DNA of 63,797 bases, counting the filler, from Reticulomyxa filosa (taxonomy: Eukaryota; Protista; Foraminifera): assembly GCA_000512085.1 (NCBI GenBank). It is 13 parts of 13 records of this genome, joined end to end, with 100 filler letters (N's around TTAATTAATTAA, not from the genome) between each part and the next. Parts side by side here need not be neighbours in the genome. Positions count along the whole stretch, not along the records: positions 21,045 to 35,110 come from ASPP01001568.1; positions 35,211 to 38,467 come from ASPP01027960.1; positions 38,568 to 39,639 come from ASPP01045237.1; 10 more parts are not named here. The stretch is one strand, 5' to 3'. Below the pieces are notes generated by a model that saw nothing but the letters and a program-made list of their open reading frames with translations, was not told the DNA's origin and ran no database searches. Shown in pieces: positions 26,620-39,049 of this stretch (the stretch's first letter is position 1; every line of letters starts with the position of its first letter). Both the position numbers and the translations under genes were made by a program.

Positions 26620-28633
26620 ATGTCCGAGACCACATTATTATCCGTTACTAAAGCGGTACGAGAAATGGTCTATAGTTGAGATTCGATTAAAGAAAAAGCC
26701 TTTGGCACTGTGTCCAAGAGGGGAGAGAAACAGAGTGACAAAAAACAACTAAAAAAAAGACTCTAATGTCCAAGAACTGGCGATGAAACATGGACTAAAC
26801 GTAATGAACATAACGTGGGAAGATAATGCAAGATATAAAAATTCAGCATTTGGGTAAGAATTGAAAACTATTTATAAATTATAAATAAAAAACTGGATGG
26901 TTTTATTTTGTACATGAAATGGTTTGTGGTTGAAAAAAGGCCTTGCATAAGTGACATGACACTGGAAGTAGATAAAGAGTTGATGCCCGTGATTCGGAGT
27001 CCAAACTATAGTGACGAGACATGGGACGTGAGTATAGACAAGATTGCAATGGTGGTGGGAAATGAAAAAAAAGAGGGAAAATTGAAAACGGTGCCATTGA
27101 AGGAGTATTTGGAACATTTTGATCAATACATGAGCAAACCGAGTTTCAAAGGTCCATTGAACCTGTTGGCAAACGACTCAACGAACAAACAAAAAGACAG
27201 TCATGTTATTATGTCCAGTCAAGCTTGCTTTCTGCCCGTTCAGCAAGGCCATCAAACCAAGTTTTCTGTGGCGTTGTACAACTATCAATCGACTCTAAAA
27301 AATCCAAAGGTGCTTGTCATCGTTTGCACCAGTAAAGGCTCTTCCGCACAGATCATTCAAGGTTTTTATTTTTTTTTAATTTTATTGTTTACCAATAAAT
27401 TCTTTCATTACTTGGATATATAGGATCAACGCAAACGTTATATTTTAACAATCAAGGTAAGTTTGTTTTTTGTTTTTTTTTTAGTTTAAAAAAAAAGGAA
27501 GGGTCCTCACTTACAAAAAAAAAAAAATTGTGAGTATATATATATTGTTTGCAAAGGCACAAAAGCGCAATTTGTAGCGCAACGATTGAGTGATAATCGT
27601 CATGAAAGAGGGGTGAATCTGGAAGGTGAAATGAGTAAGGAAGAAAGACAAAACAACGTAGTAACGATCATTCAAGTTCCTTTAAAACAAAAGGAAGAAA
27701 GACGAGCAATAATCATTGAAGTTCCTTCAAAACAAAAGGCACAATGTAAATGGTCACGATATCAACTCTTACCTCGACCAGTCGACAGCAGACTGGGATC
27801 AGTATTCATCGAGAAGGAGGAGGAAGATTTGGATGTCGAAGCAGCAATTGTCAAAGTTTCAAAACATGTTTTGTTTTTTTTTGGTGATTGATTGATTGAT
27901 TTGTGTTTTTTTTTGTCGAATTGGAGAGAAATAGATGATCCCAATTACTCCAAAGTGCAACAAGGACTGTAAGAAAGAATTGGTATTAAAAGTGCTGCGA
28001 AATAGAAAAATGTGTTCCGAATGCAGTAAAAGTGTTGATGCGGGGTCGCCAATGTGGCGTTGTCCCGAGAACGGGATAGCAGCGCATAAGTGGGACTACT
28101 ATTACCTGTGTGAGATATGTGGGACAAAACAATTGGAATGGAACGAATTGAATGACATAAATGACATTGAAAGGGACACCAAATTCCCCATTCGTGTCGT
28201 CGTGCAATTTTATCAGGCCACCAGCAATGGACAGGTCAATTCTTCTATCATGTCTGCAATTGCGCACATGCTGAAAGCATCACAACAGCAGGCCGATTTT
28301 GTTGGGTCTTTGGTCACACACACTAATCCCGATCGACCTACCGAGTGGATTGAACAAAAAAATAATGAAAATGGTGATGATGATAATAATAATGAGGGGG
28401 AGGAGAAGGAGGGTAAGGGTAATGATAATGGTAATGGTAATGGTAATGGTGATGGTGGTGATGATAGTGGTAACATTATTGCTGCAAAAGTGATTTCACA
28501 TTTACAAAAAATTTTTGGTGAAGATTGGAAAAGTTATTTTCTCAATTTTCAAACACAACCGCTGGATAACGCCACTTTGAAGGTGGTCGACAAAACAGAT
28601 GATTTGACAAAAGTACTTGACAAAAGTACTTGA
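26620..28633 (+). CDS. Uncharacterised 'WEDxxR-GPxISDMTL' family protein with an inserted Zn finger and a SAM-like tail; 6 exons (26620-26674, 26760-26853, 26940-27361, 27424-27456, 27557-27855, 27935-28633)
   Basis: All five GT-AG introns are phase-consistent. The spliced protein reads HGLNVMNITWEDNARYKNSAFGPCISDMTL..MPVIRSPNYSDET..VGNE..DSHVIMSSQACFLP..YNYQS..LYFNNQG..QRLSD..IQVPLKQK..DVEAAIV..IERDTKFPIRVVVQFYQATSNG. Confidence 0.75.
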
Positions 28634-28660
28634 CAAAAGTACTTAACAAAAGTACTTGAC
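28604..28660 (+). repeat. 13-bp tandem repeat TTGACAAAAGTAC x4.4
   Basis: Copies start at 28604, 28617, 28630 and 28643 (one mismatch), plus a partial copy at 28656. Confidence 0.95.
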
Positions 28661-29361
28661 ATAAACCACTTTCCAAATGTTAAAAGATCTTTTTTTTTAC
28701 TGGTCAATTGAAACACCATACTTATCTATTCTTCATTGAAAACTTGCTTGTTTCATGTAACCATTTCAAAGATTTTACTCTTCGTAACTATCATCTCTCA
28801 TCTGCTTGTTGCTTTTTTTAAAATATAATCTTCTGTTACGTGATGAAGTGTTTTTTTTCCCCTCTCAATTAATGTGCATATACTTTTCGTAGTATTTGAA
28901 CACACGTCATAAGCGAAAGCAGCTTAACATCGTCAGTAGCGTTAGCATAAATTCTTGGTCATATTTTCAAAATTGAAATCTGACATCGATTTAACAAGCC
29001 TTTTTTCATGTTTGCTGTTAAAAAAAGTTGAAAAAAGAAATAGCAAAAAACTATAATAGACAACGCTTTCTTTATATTTTTCACACTTTCACACAAAGTA
29101 CCAATTAAAAAATTGTGAAATTGATTCTTTCTAAAGCAAATAAGATGATAACCAATATAGATATATTTGCACATCATTTTTTTAAGATTTTCTTTTAACT
29201 TTATCTTGTCTGATTAGTTGTAATGAAAGAATGAATAAAATCAATGTGTTATTTTATTTTTCCATTTGCATTCATTCAATAGTTCAATTTTCATTTGACA
29301 TTGTATTAAACTTTTCAATTACGTTTGTTTTATCTTTTTATTCGCTTTGATTCCATACAAT

Positions 29362-30030
29362 CTATTGCATTTGAATAGTCATTTCTTCTTCACTTAACCA
29401 TTCACTTACTTTCGTTTTCATGTGCGTTGACAAAAATATTTTCCAATCCCATCCTCCAATTATGTGCACATATGTGTTGTCTTCACTCAATATTGCAACG
29501 CAACCACACAATGGACTGGGTAAAGTATTTTGGAATATTATCCATTTGTTTTCTCGAATTGAATATTTGTGCACTGATTTTGAAAATATCTCACAAATAA
29601 TGCTGCCATTGCATCCACCAAAGAATAAGATGGCGTCATTGACATATACATATGCATAACTATGGGATTGTGCAATATTATCACAAACAGGTATTTGATG
29701 AAATTGAAAAGTGTTGTTATCTTCACCATATTCAATTGATAATCCCATTTTTTGACAAAACAATAGCATTTCGTAATTTCTTTTCTTTTTTTTTTCTTCA
29801 TTTATTTTTATTATTTCTTGCCCTTGTCCATTTTCTGGCTTTCATACAAAGCAATGATAAAATGTCCAATCATCAGTTGGTAAAGTATCATGTTTAATAA
29901 ATTGAAATGTATTTAAATAAAACACGCTAATATTACTTGACCTATATGCGATAAATAACAAATGATTATTGATTCCATCAATCACTGCACGCGCTCCTTG
30001 ACAGTTATCTTTATCTCTTCCAATTTGTTG
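29362..30030 (-). pseudogene. Kelch-like family pseudogene (5' part decayed)
   Basis: GARAV, MLLFC..GLSIEY.EDNNTFQF, ILFFGG and VHIIGG match the intact Kelch paralogues. Frameshifts lie upstream of 29769. Confidence 0.8.
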
Positions 30031-31149
30031 AATTACAATTTGAAAATCATGTCTTATTTATCGTATCAATGAAAGACCGTTTATTGATCATTGCAAACGT
30101 TTGTTTTTTTGAATTGTATCAATATCAATAATAACACGTTTTTCAAGCAATGATATCACCATATGCCAAGTAAAGTATTGATGAAAATTCACAACAAGGG
30201 GTAGTGGTTAAGTTGTAATTATTTGATCTTTCTCTTGGTAAAAATACAATTTAAAAATATGGTTACGTTATAATTCTCAAAACAAAAAAACTTAAATTTC
30301 TTTTTTCAAATATGAAAATTTATAATGACAAAATAATAATTTTTTAAATTACAACTACAATAATCATTATTTTAAAAAAGTGTGATTCGTGTGCAATTTT
30401 TCTGGACCACCATATAAATATATATTTCAAAATTAAATTTATTGTTAGAATTAAAAAACTGTTATTATATTCAATAGAATTTTGTTTTATAGTTTATTTC
30501 TTTTTTTCATATTTTTTCGATTGGCAGCATACAAACGAAATGAACATATATATTGTTAACATATTATATTTATGACACTTTTTATTTTGAAAAAAGAAAA
30601 AATGAAAGATTTTTTGTTGCTAAAATAATGATAATTCTAGTTGTTTGTAGAACAAACGAGACAAGAAATGCAATATTGATACATATTTATTTTACGATAA
30701 TTAATGACACTTTTGATTTATTTGAACTATTTGTATTGTCAAATTACTTTTTCGGACATGATCACTTACGAATTTAAACACTGCAATCTTCGCAAGCTAA
30801 GTGGTAATTTCAATTTGGATTTTAAAAGAAAATTATACTTGAATAAATATTATCTTTGACTGTATTTTGTTAATAGTAAAATATAAGTACTTATATAAAC
30901 TTTTTGTAACGATTGAAGAAGCTAACATTTCTGAATTTGGATAATTTTAAATTTATTGTTTCTCCTCAAAATTGTTAATAAACTTTGAACTACATTATTT
31001 ATCATCAAAGTTTTTTCATGGAGAAAATCGATCAAATTAATGTACAGTTTTAGTTTTTAACTCTTTTGCATTCTACTGTATTGTCGAGTAAATACAATAG
31101 TTTAACCTTCTGGAAAATATTTACTTCAGTCAGTTTTTAATATTTTCAT

Positions 31150-31783
31150 AAGTGTTTTACTATTTCTGTCTCACATATTCGGACTGTTCAATCACTTGAA
31201 GCTGAAATAATAGTTGGATCTGGAGAAAACTTTGCAAGTCTTACGGCCAGAATACCCTATTAGTTGCTTCGATATTTCGACTGATTTTATATCGCATATA
31301 CAAATTGTGTTATCACGCCATACCGATTAAAGTATTTGACCGTCTGTTGAATATTGTACTATGTACATGTTTTGAATCCGTTTACAACTTTTGAATAGTT
31401 TTTTAGAATGCATCCCATATTCGTGCTGTGCTATCATATGAACTTGATACAGTGTTTTTTCGTTTGGAGAAATGTTTATATACTATACTGTCTTAAACGT
31501 CATTCTATTTTATCAATTTTCTTCCTGATTTTACATCACATATTTGAGTTTTATTATCCATTGAACACGATACAACACAATGTTCATTCGGTGAAAATTC
31601 TGCTCACAAGGTAAATTGGGGATAGCCTTTGTTGTAACAAACATTGTTGATATTAACATTTTCACTTTTATTTTAAAAATAATATATTTGTCAACGAGTT
31701 TGTTAAAATCATGAACAAATTCTAATTTGACATTTAAAATTCGGGTCCAGTTTTCGATAATAATATTTATTTCCTTTTCTGAC
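31150..31783 (-). pseudogene. Heavily decayed WD40 gene with linker motif
   Basis: SEKEINIIIENWTRILNVKLEFVHDFNKLVDKYII at 31682-31783. Downstream are FSP, D.TARIWD and KFSPDP.IISASSD remnants. Confidence 0.65.
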
Positions 31784-32712
31784 TTTTTTTTGTTTGTTCG
31801 TCAATCATTTTATGTTATTGTAGGGCAAGGCCCTATAAATATCTGAACGTTGAAGGAACCTGGGAGTCCCCAGTGGACTAAAACTCCTCAACCAACTTCA
31901 CTTACTCTTTTGTTTTGTTTTCATCTTTCTTTTAATTAATTCACTTTTGTTTTATCGAACATTGGTTTCTTGAGTAAAACCATTTTCGTATTACATTTAG
32001 TACAACCTCTTCCAACTGACGTCCCACATTATCTATGATTTAGAAGGAGAATTTACTAAGGGTGAAGAAAAGGTTATCTACCAGTTTTGGCGTTTTATTC
32101 GCTTTGTTACTAGTATCAATATCTGTTCTCTGCTTACACTTATTTCACGCAAAGTAGACAAAGTAATCTCAATATTCAAGATGCTTTGAACTTTTGTATG
32201 AAAAATGTCGTAACGACTTTCATGTTACAATGAAAAAACACTTAAAACTCTAATAGCATTTTTAATTCAAATATTGCGCGTAGTGAGCTTTGTGCAAGTT
32301 TGTAAGTAACTCTTCTCTGCATTTAGAATAACACATTTCATTCCGTTTCAAGCCAAATATGGAACTTGGGCTTTGACTAACAACAAGAAATAAGTTTTAC
32401 TTTTGTACTATTAACACAAAAAGTTTTCTAATTAGTCCCCAAAGTTCCTTTTTCAACTATGCGTTTGATTACATTGAAAAAAAATATTTTCTTGCGTCGA
32501 TTCCGTCACTTTTTTGAAAGGTAAAAGTAAGAAACAATACAAAGCTTGATTTTTTTTTTGTTTTTGTTCTCTCCAACAACTCCTAAAAAAAAAAAACTAA
32601 GTTAAAAAAAAATCGCTTGTCTTTAAAAAAAACGGAGTTGTTTTTATAACAGTACTGGATTTGTGATTGTGAATTTCCAACTCATCGTGTTCACCAGACA
32701 AGACAAAAGCTA

Positions 32713-34687
32713 ATGTCATCAGTATATGTTCTTTTAGTTGGCTCCACCGGAGTGGGGAAGTCTGCACACGTTCGGTTATTGACAGGGAATACAGGTGTGG
32801 TAGTGAGTAACGGAGCACAGTCGTGCACGACGCAGATGTCTGTGTATGCCGGCAGTGACGGCTACAACTACATTGATACTGTCGGTGCAGAGGACAGCAG
32901 AAACCTGAGCGACGCGTACGTGTTAAACCAAGCGCAAAGAGATTTGTACAAGCGCAAGGTGAAACAAGTGAAGGTGATATGGATCTCCAATCCGAACGAA
33001 CGAGAGTCATCCACGATTCAGAGGCAAGCCAAATACATTGGAGCTATCGATAAAGACATTTGGAAATCGGTTTTAGTTGTTATCAGAGAGCCTGGTTTTC
33101 AACTGGAAAGCAAAGCCCAAGGCATTCAAACGGCAATTAAAGAGTATTCCAACACAACCGACAGCATCACAGTTCCTGTTATTGGCTACTTAAACATTGA
33201 TTGGGTCAAAGACTCCCCAGAGTACATTTTACACTTAGGTTAAACATTAAAAAAAATAAAAAGTATCAAACTTTTGTAACAGTAAAAGATTGTATGTGCA
33301 CATACATACATGTATATATTTTATTTTTTTTGGAGCCAGTATTGACGACTCCAAAAAAAAACGTATGACTGAAAACAGATATAGAAACGAGAACTAAGCT
33401 TGGCTATCTCAAATCGAATGAAGTTCGGAGTCTGGTGATGAAGAAATTGAACGAGTTGCAAACAACGGAGCTCCACTTTGAAGAGAAGAAATGCAAAAAT
33501 TGCAATTTGATAGGCGACCCTCGGTTTTCGGACGATGTCAGCTGCCACTTGCTTGCAACGAAGGTGCACCAAAATGGAGTGGAGCCAAAGCAAGTGCATT
33601 TCGGCACGAAAAAGGCAATTCATGCACCAAACTACGAGTTGGAATGGTATCATCCAGACGACTCGTTAGTTCACCCAGGAGACAAAGAAAAATTTCACGA
33701 CAAATCGACTCGCACTGAAACGCAGCACAGCAAAGAAACGTATCTTGAACACGAGACGACGCAGACGAGACAAACAGTAGTTGATGTCAAGCGACGACAT
33801 CGAGGAACAAAGTTTGTAAGCTGCTGTCCCAAATGCCAGAGTACGAATTATAACACTTATACGCCGCCACGTTAAGCATCTGATCTGATATGCACATGAC
33901 AATCTTAGAATTTGTTGAACATATGTCTGCACGTGCAAAAAAAAATAATAATAATAATAACATACCTCTCCACAGAAGATTTTTTTAAAGCAATAGCTTT
34001 TATCGTGTTATCTTGTGGCGCCTGTAATCAAAATTTTTCGGTCATCGTGTTGCGTATAAATGTGGCAATTGTCAAAAATTATTTCATACAACGTGTGGAA
34101 GTAACTCAGGTGTGAACATGTGCACCTATTGCAATCAACGAATCGATTCGGAGGGATGCGACTTTGAGATGGTACATGTTGACGTCCATGTTTGCTGTGG
34201 CAAATCTAAAGAATCCATTGGATGTTTAAGAAAATGCTCTTCTTGCAGACAAACCGTGGATAAACGTGGATGCACGATCCAGACGTGGCATGTATGTTGC
34301 GGAGGAGATGGAAAAAGTGAGGGCTGTTGCTACAGATGGAATTGTTGTCAAACCAATATTACTTCAACTACGAAAGGCTGCAAACTTAAATGTTGCAATG
34401 GAGAGCCAGGCTCAAAGGGATGCAAACAACGGTATTCGTGCTGCAAGCAACCTCTTGGCTCTGAAAAGGCATGCAAGGAAGAATGGACGTGCTGCAGCCA
34501 AATAGATCCGACTCCTGGTTGTAAGTTGCAATGGCCATGTTGCCAAGCAATTGTGTCTTTGTACAGTCCAAATGACGAAAAAAACGCTTGTCAACAAGTT
34601 TGTAAAATTTGTGGAGGCATATGGGGCAAATCTGATGGTTGCACCAATGCGGCCAAACACGAGTTCGAAGAAAAAATTGACTCATAA
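32713..34687 (+). CDS. AIG1/GIMAP-like (TRAFAC) P-loop GTPase with a His-ladder / hydrophobic tip / Cys-ladder tail; exons 32713-33238, 33379-33870, 33976-34687; 1-nt frameshift in the T run 34034-34038
   Basis: G1 GSTGVGKS, G2 SCTT, G3 IDTVG, then CKNC..GDPRF..CH. Both introns are phase-consistent GT-AG. Adding one T restores NFFGHRVAYKCGNC in frame with the Cys-rich ORF 34112-34687. Confidence 0.8.
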
Positions 34688-35326
34688 TATTACTCTTTTA
34701 TTTTATTTTTTAGTAACTATATCTTTTTTTTCCGTTTTGCATTTGTTCAAAAAAACGAAAATGAATAATACTTATGACAAGCAAAATCAGAAAATGATTG
34801 CACATGTTAGTCATTTTACTTTTGACAATATTTTTTTTAAGAGTGTGGGAATTCCCTTGAAACATGGAAAAACATCTTTGTGTAAAACAAAGTTGAAATT
34901 TTTCAGTATCCACTTTATTTTGTGCTTTTGGCCAATTTTAAATACTACTGACTTTTGGGTTAAAGTGTGTTTAACTGCAGCGACAAGACGCGGAATGCAA
35001 TACAATTTCTCTAAGCTGTGCAGATTTTTAATTGTGTTGCAATTATTCCAAGCAAACATGTCATATCATTAAAAAGATAAAATAAAAAAATAAGAGAATA
35101 AACTCAAGCANNNNNNNNNNNNNNNNNNNNNNNNNNNNNNNNNNNNNNNNNNNNTTAATTAATTAANNNNNNNNNNNNNNNNNNNNNNNNNNNNNNNNNN
35201 NNNNNNNNNNGAAAGATAAAAAAGTATAATTTGAATCAATGGATTTCTTTTATTGATACAGCCTAATACAATTGAATTTTTTATTGATGATAAAAACGGA
35301 GTTGTCTACCCACCTTACAATGGTAT

Positions 35327-36800
35327 TCAGAGTCGAATTGTTCCATCATTAGATGATGAAACAGTCATGTGTCCATTCGACGCAACATCTACCCTTGTAA
35401 CGCCCGATGAATAAGATGCAATAAAAAAAAACAATAAATAAGAAAATTGCGATTTTAAAACACAATTCTGATGTTTTAATAAATAATTTCTTTCAAGGAA
35501 ATTCCACATCCGAAATTCTAACAGTACAATCATCCGATGAGGACAATAGTTGTTTGCCATCAGATGAAAATTGTGTATCATTTATATTTTTTTGAATGTG
35601 TTTGTAATAATTGTATCTGTCGTCCGGATATTACATCCCACAATTGAATTGTTTTATCATTCGAGCAAAGTAAAACTTTAAATGGTTTTTTATCAATATC
35701 TTGTTTCATTCTCTTCTAAATCCATTTTATATTTTCAAAATCTATTTTTTTTTCCTCTTCTTCTTTAATCCATTCTTTTGTCTTTGTTCTCATATGCATT
35801 GACATTGAAGTATTATCGTTATTAACTCCTCCAATAATATAAAAAATATGTATTATCTTTATCCAAAATTCCAATACAACGTTATAAAGGAGCAGACAAA
35901 ATTATCTCCAAATAGTATCCATTTGTCTTGTGTGAGTGAATATTTGTGTAGCAATTTTGCTTTACCCTCCATGGCTATATCCACCAAAAAAATATTATAT
36001 TGTCATTCACATAAACATATCCATAATTTGCAAATGATTGAATTGTTGTACAAATTCGTAATTTTTGAAATTGAAATGTGCTATTATTTTTTCATCGCAT
36101 TCAATGTGTAATCCTGTATCTTTATAAAATAATATCATTTTGTTATTTATATTTGTTTTGAATTCATTTTCAATCTTTGATAACACAAAGCAATGATATG
36201 CTATATTATTACTTGGTAAAACACAATGTTTTATTTTTTTTTTGCAATGTATTCGAATTAAATGCAGAAATATTATTTGGATAATAAATATGTAATAAAT
36301 AGCAAATGGTTATCAGTCCCACCAATCAATATACGCATTCCTGCAAAATTATCTTCGTTCTTTCCAATTGTAATTTTATTATTGGTGTGATCAATTAAAG
36401 GAACCCATTTATTATACCATTTTGTTTTTTTAGTCACCTTTCCTTCCCAAACGCCCATATATTTCATTATAAATGTCTTTTTTTTTTAAATTTGCTTGTC
36501 CACCCACAGATAATAATGTAATACCATTTGTATTTTCATTATCAATTACTTTTACCACACTATGTTCTCCTAATACAACATTCCTAGGATAAGAACGAAT
36601 CCGTTTGTATTGATTTGTGAGTGTATGATAGGAATAGCATTCATGCTTATGGAAATGTCCAAAAATGAGAATTCCATTATTATAAACACAACAACCACTA
36701 AAGGATTGAAAATCAAGGAAGGTAAAAAAGCCAAAGGCTCAAAAGAACGTGTTAATGCTGAGCTTTCATCTTTTTTTGTAGTCTGTTCACAGGGATTCAT
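35327..36800 (-). pseudogene. Kelch-WD40 pseudogene
   Basis: FEPLAFLPS, IGKNEDNFAGMRILIGG, IIGG, coiled coil RMKQDIDKK and WD40 remnants (DKTIQLWDV, SSSNDGTIRL). It has many stops and frameshifts, and the linker exon appears deleted. Confidence 0.8.
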
Positions 36801-38620
36801 CTTCGAAGATATAATCAACAGTAACTTTGACTTTGATTCGATTTTCACAAAAAATTTTATCCTAATGATTTTTTTTTAGCTTCGAAGGATCTTTTTCTTG
36901 GACTCATTTGTAATGTATACAAAACGTTACAAAGAATGCCAAACAAAAGAAACAATGTTTAAATTAAAAAATCAAATAAAGAAATTCAATAATCGGAAAT
37001 GAACGAACATGTGAAAGAGTTTAACGAAGAAGGAACCAAGCATTGGCCCAAGTGATTCCCATAGTGAAGAATTCAAAGCGGCTAGAAGATGGAGAAGATG
37101 AGGGTCATGCAACTAATGAAGAGAAAGGATACTCACATAACGCCTTAGAGTCTCCAAAGCGATATGAATATAATACAGTGAAGTTCAGTGGCTTGCCATG
37201 ATTTGCTGTTACATCATTCTGTTTGTTAGGCATGTATTTATCACACTTAATGACTTTATTTGGCTGCTTGATCTTCGATTTTGTCTTGACACTGGAGATG
37301 CAATTGGTTAATTTTTTGTGTTGGTTGACACAAAACTATTTTTTGATTATTTCAAATTCTGTGTGATTTTCTCATTTTCTTAAATTAGCGTTTAATTTTT
37401 TTTCATGTTTTCTTTTCTATATTAAATATTGGAAGAACAAATCAAATTTTACATCAAATACTAGTCAGCATTAATTCTATCAACACATACGGACGCAGGA
37501 ATATCGTTCTTCATTGTCCATTTACCACTTGTGTAATATGGAACTGATGGCATGAATCACTTTAATTGATAATCTAGTTTATTAGGTATATCGGAGATAC
37601 TAAGTTAACTTCAAATAATCTTCAAAGTTATTAGGTATTTGAATTTTAAGTTATATAAAATGTTTCATATATACTAAGCGAAATCAATGTGAAACATAAA
37701 CTAGTCACAAAAATTTTATGTCTTTCATCTCATAAGTTTGTAGGTGTAATAGCAAGTCAAATGATTATAACAAGTAACTTTGAACAAATCGAATTAGCAT
37801 TAACTAATCTTTTTGAAGGAAAAAACTAATTTAAACGATATTCCCATTGAGACATATTCTGTTTACATTTGATAATTTGTGCATTCAAAAAAAAAGCTCC
37901 AATTTTGGGTTGTAGATGAAAGTTTGTATTAAAAGATTTTATTTAAAACTGGTTCAAAATCCAAAAAAATTTTATTATAATTAAAACGTGATTTTTCTTT
38001 TTTGCATGTTTAAAACATTTTCTTCGCATGATGAAAAACAAGTTACTGTTAAAATGAGCAAAGCCAAAGCTCATGGTATTATCCTATTTATTTTTTGACA
38101 ACAAAAGGTCAAAGGCCTCCCTTCCCCCGTCGCATGAGACAATCAAAAAAAAAGAATCTGAAAGACTGTGACGGGGAAGTGCGTAAAAAAAAAAAAAAAC
38201 AACTTCAAAGTAAATTGGGAAAAAACACAAAAGATTGTCGATCAGTGGCCTTCATTTTCGATAAGTCGATGATGACTGTGATGATGATCATGGTGAGATC
38301 TCTCCAACACGAGAATAACAATCAAAGTGCAAAGAGCGACAGCATTGCTCACAATCAACAAATCAATGGAAATTCCGATGTATCCACTGTTACAAGTTAG
38401 CACCATTTCATTCACTTATGTATTACCATTTTTTTTTTTTAACAAAAAAAAAAAAAAAAAAAAAAAANNNNNNNNNNNNNNNNNNNNNNNNNNNNNNNNN
38501 NNNNNNNNNNNTTAATTAATTAANNNNNNNNNNNNNNNNNNNNNNNNNNNNNNNNNNNNNNNNNNNNATATTAAATAGTGAATAAATATTTACATAATTG
38601 ATTTAAAAAAAAACGTAACA

Positions 38621-38721
38621 TATTTGATAACAAGTTTGTCAAATTCATGTATCCATCCTAATTTAATTGTTAATTTTCAAATCCAATTTACAATAACAAT
38701 TTGGAACTCTTCTCTTTCTAG
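38621..38721 (-). pseudogene. Linker exon of a WD40-family gene (remainder beyond the contig end)
   Basis: LEREEFQIVIVNWI*KLTIKLGWIHEFDKLVIKY|gt, with TGA at the conserved Arg (CGA) position. Confidence 0.7.
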
Positions 38722-39049
38722 CTGATTCAATCACAAACAACATACAATAAAGAAAAGTAAAAAGAAAGATTAAAAGAAAGTTTACCAATGCTGGCTGTGT
38801 TGAAGTTTATTTTTCATTGTTAAGAGTAATCATTGTCTTCAATAAACTTTTTTTTTCCCGCCCTAAAACATACCTTTAATTTATTTCTTTATCTTACCAA
38901 ATGTTTTATGTTGTTTCACTTTTTAGACTAATGCATAATCTAATATTTTTGGATACTTTTCTTCATTTTTTTTATTTAAAAATGTTAACTCACTGAAATA
39001 GTAATGAATCAAAAAGGGACTCCGTATCAAAGTAGCTTCTTTGTAAATA

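Noticed and set aside
28604-28660. CRISPR array
   Set aside because: The 13-mers are head-to-tail without spacers, the context is eukaryotic, and there are no cas genes.
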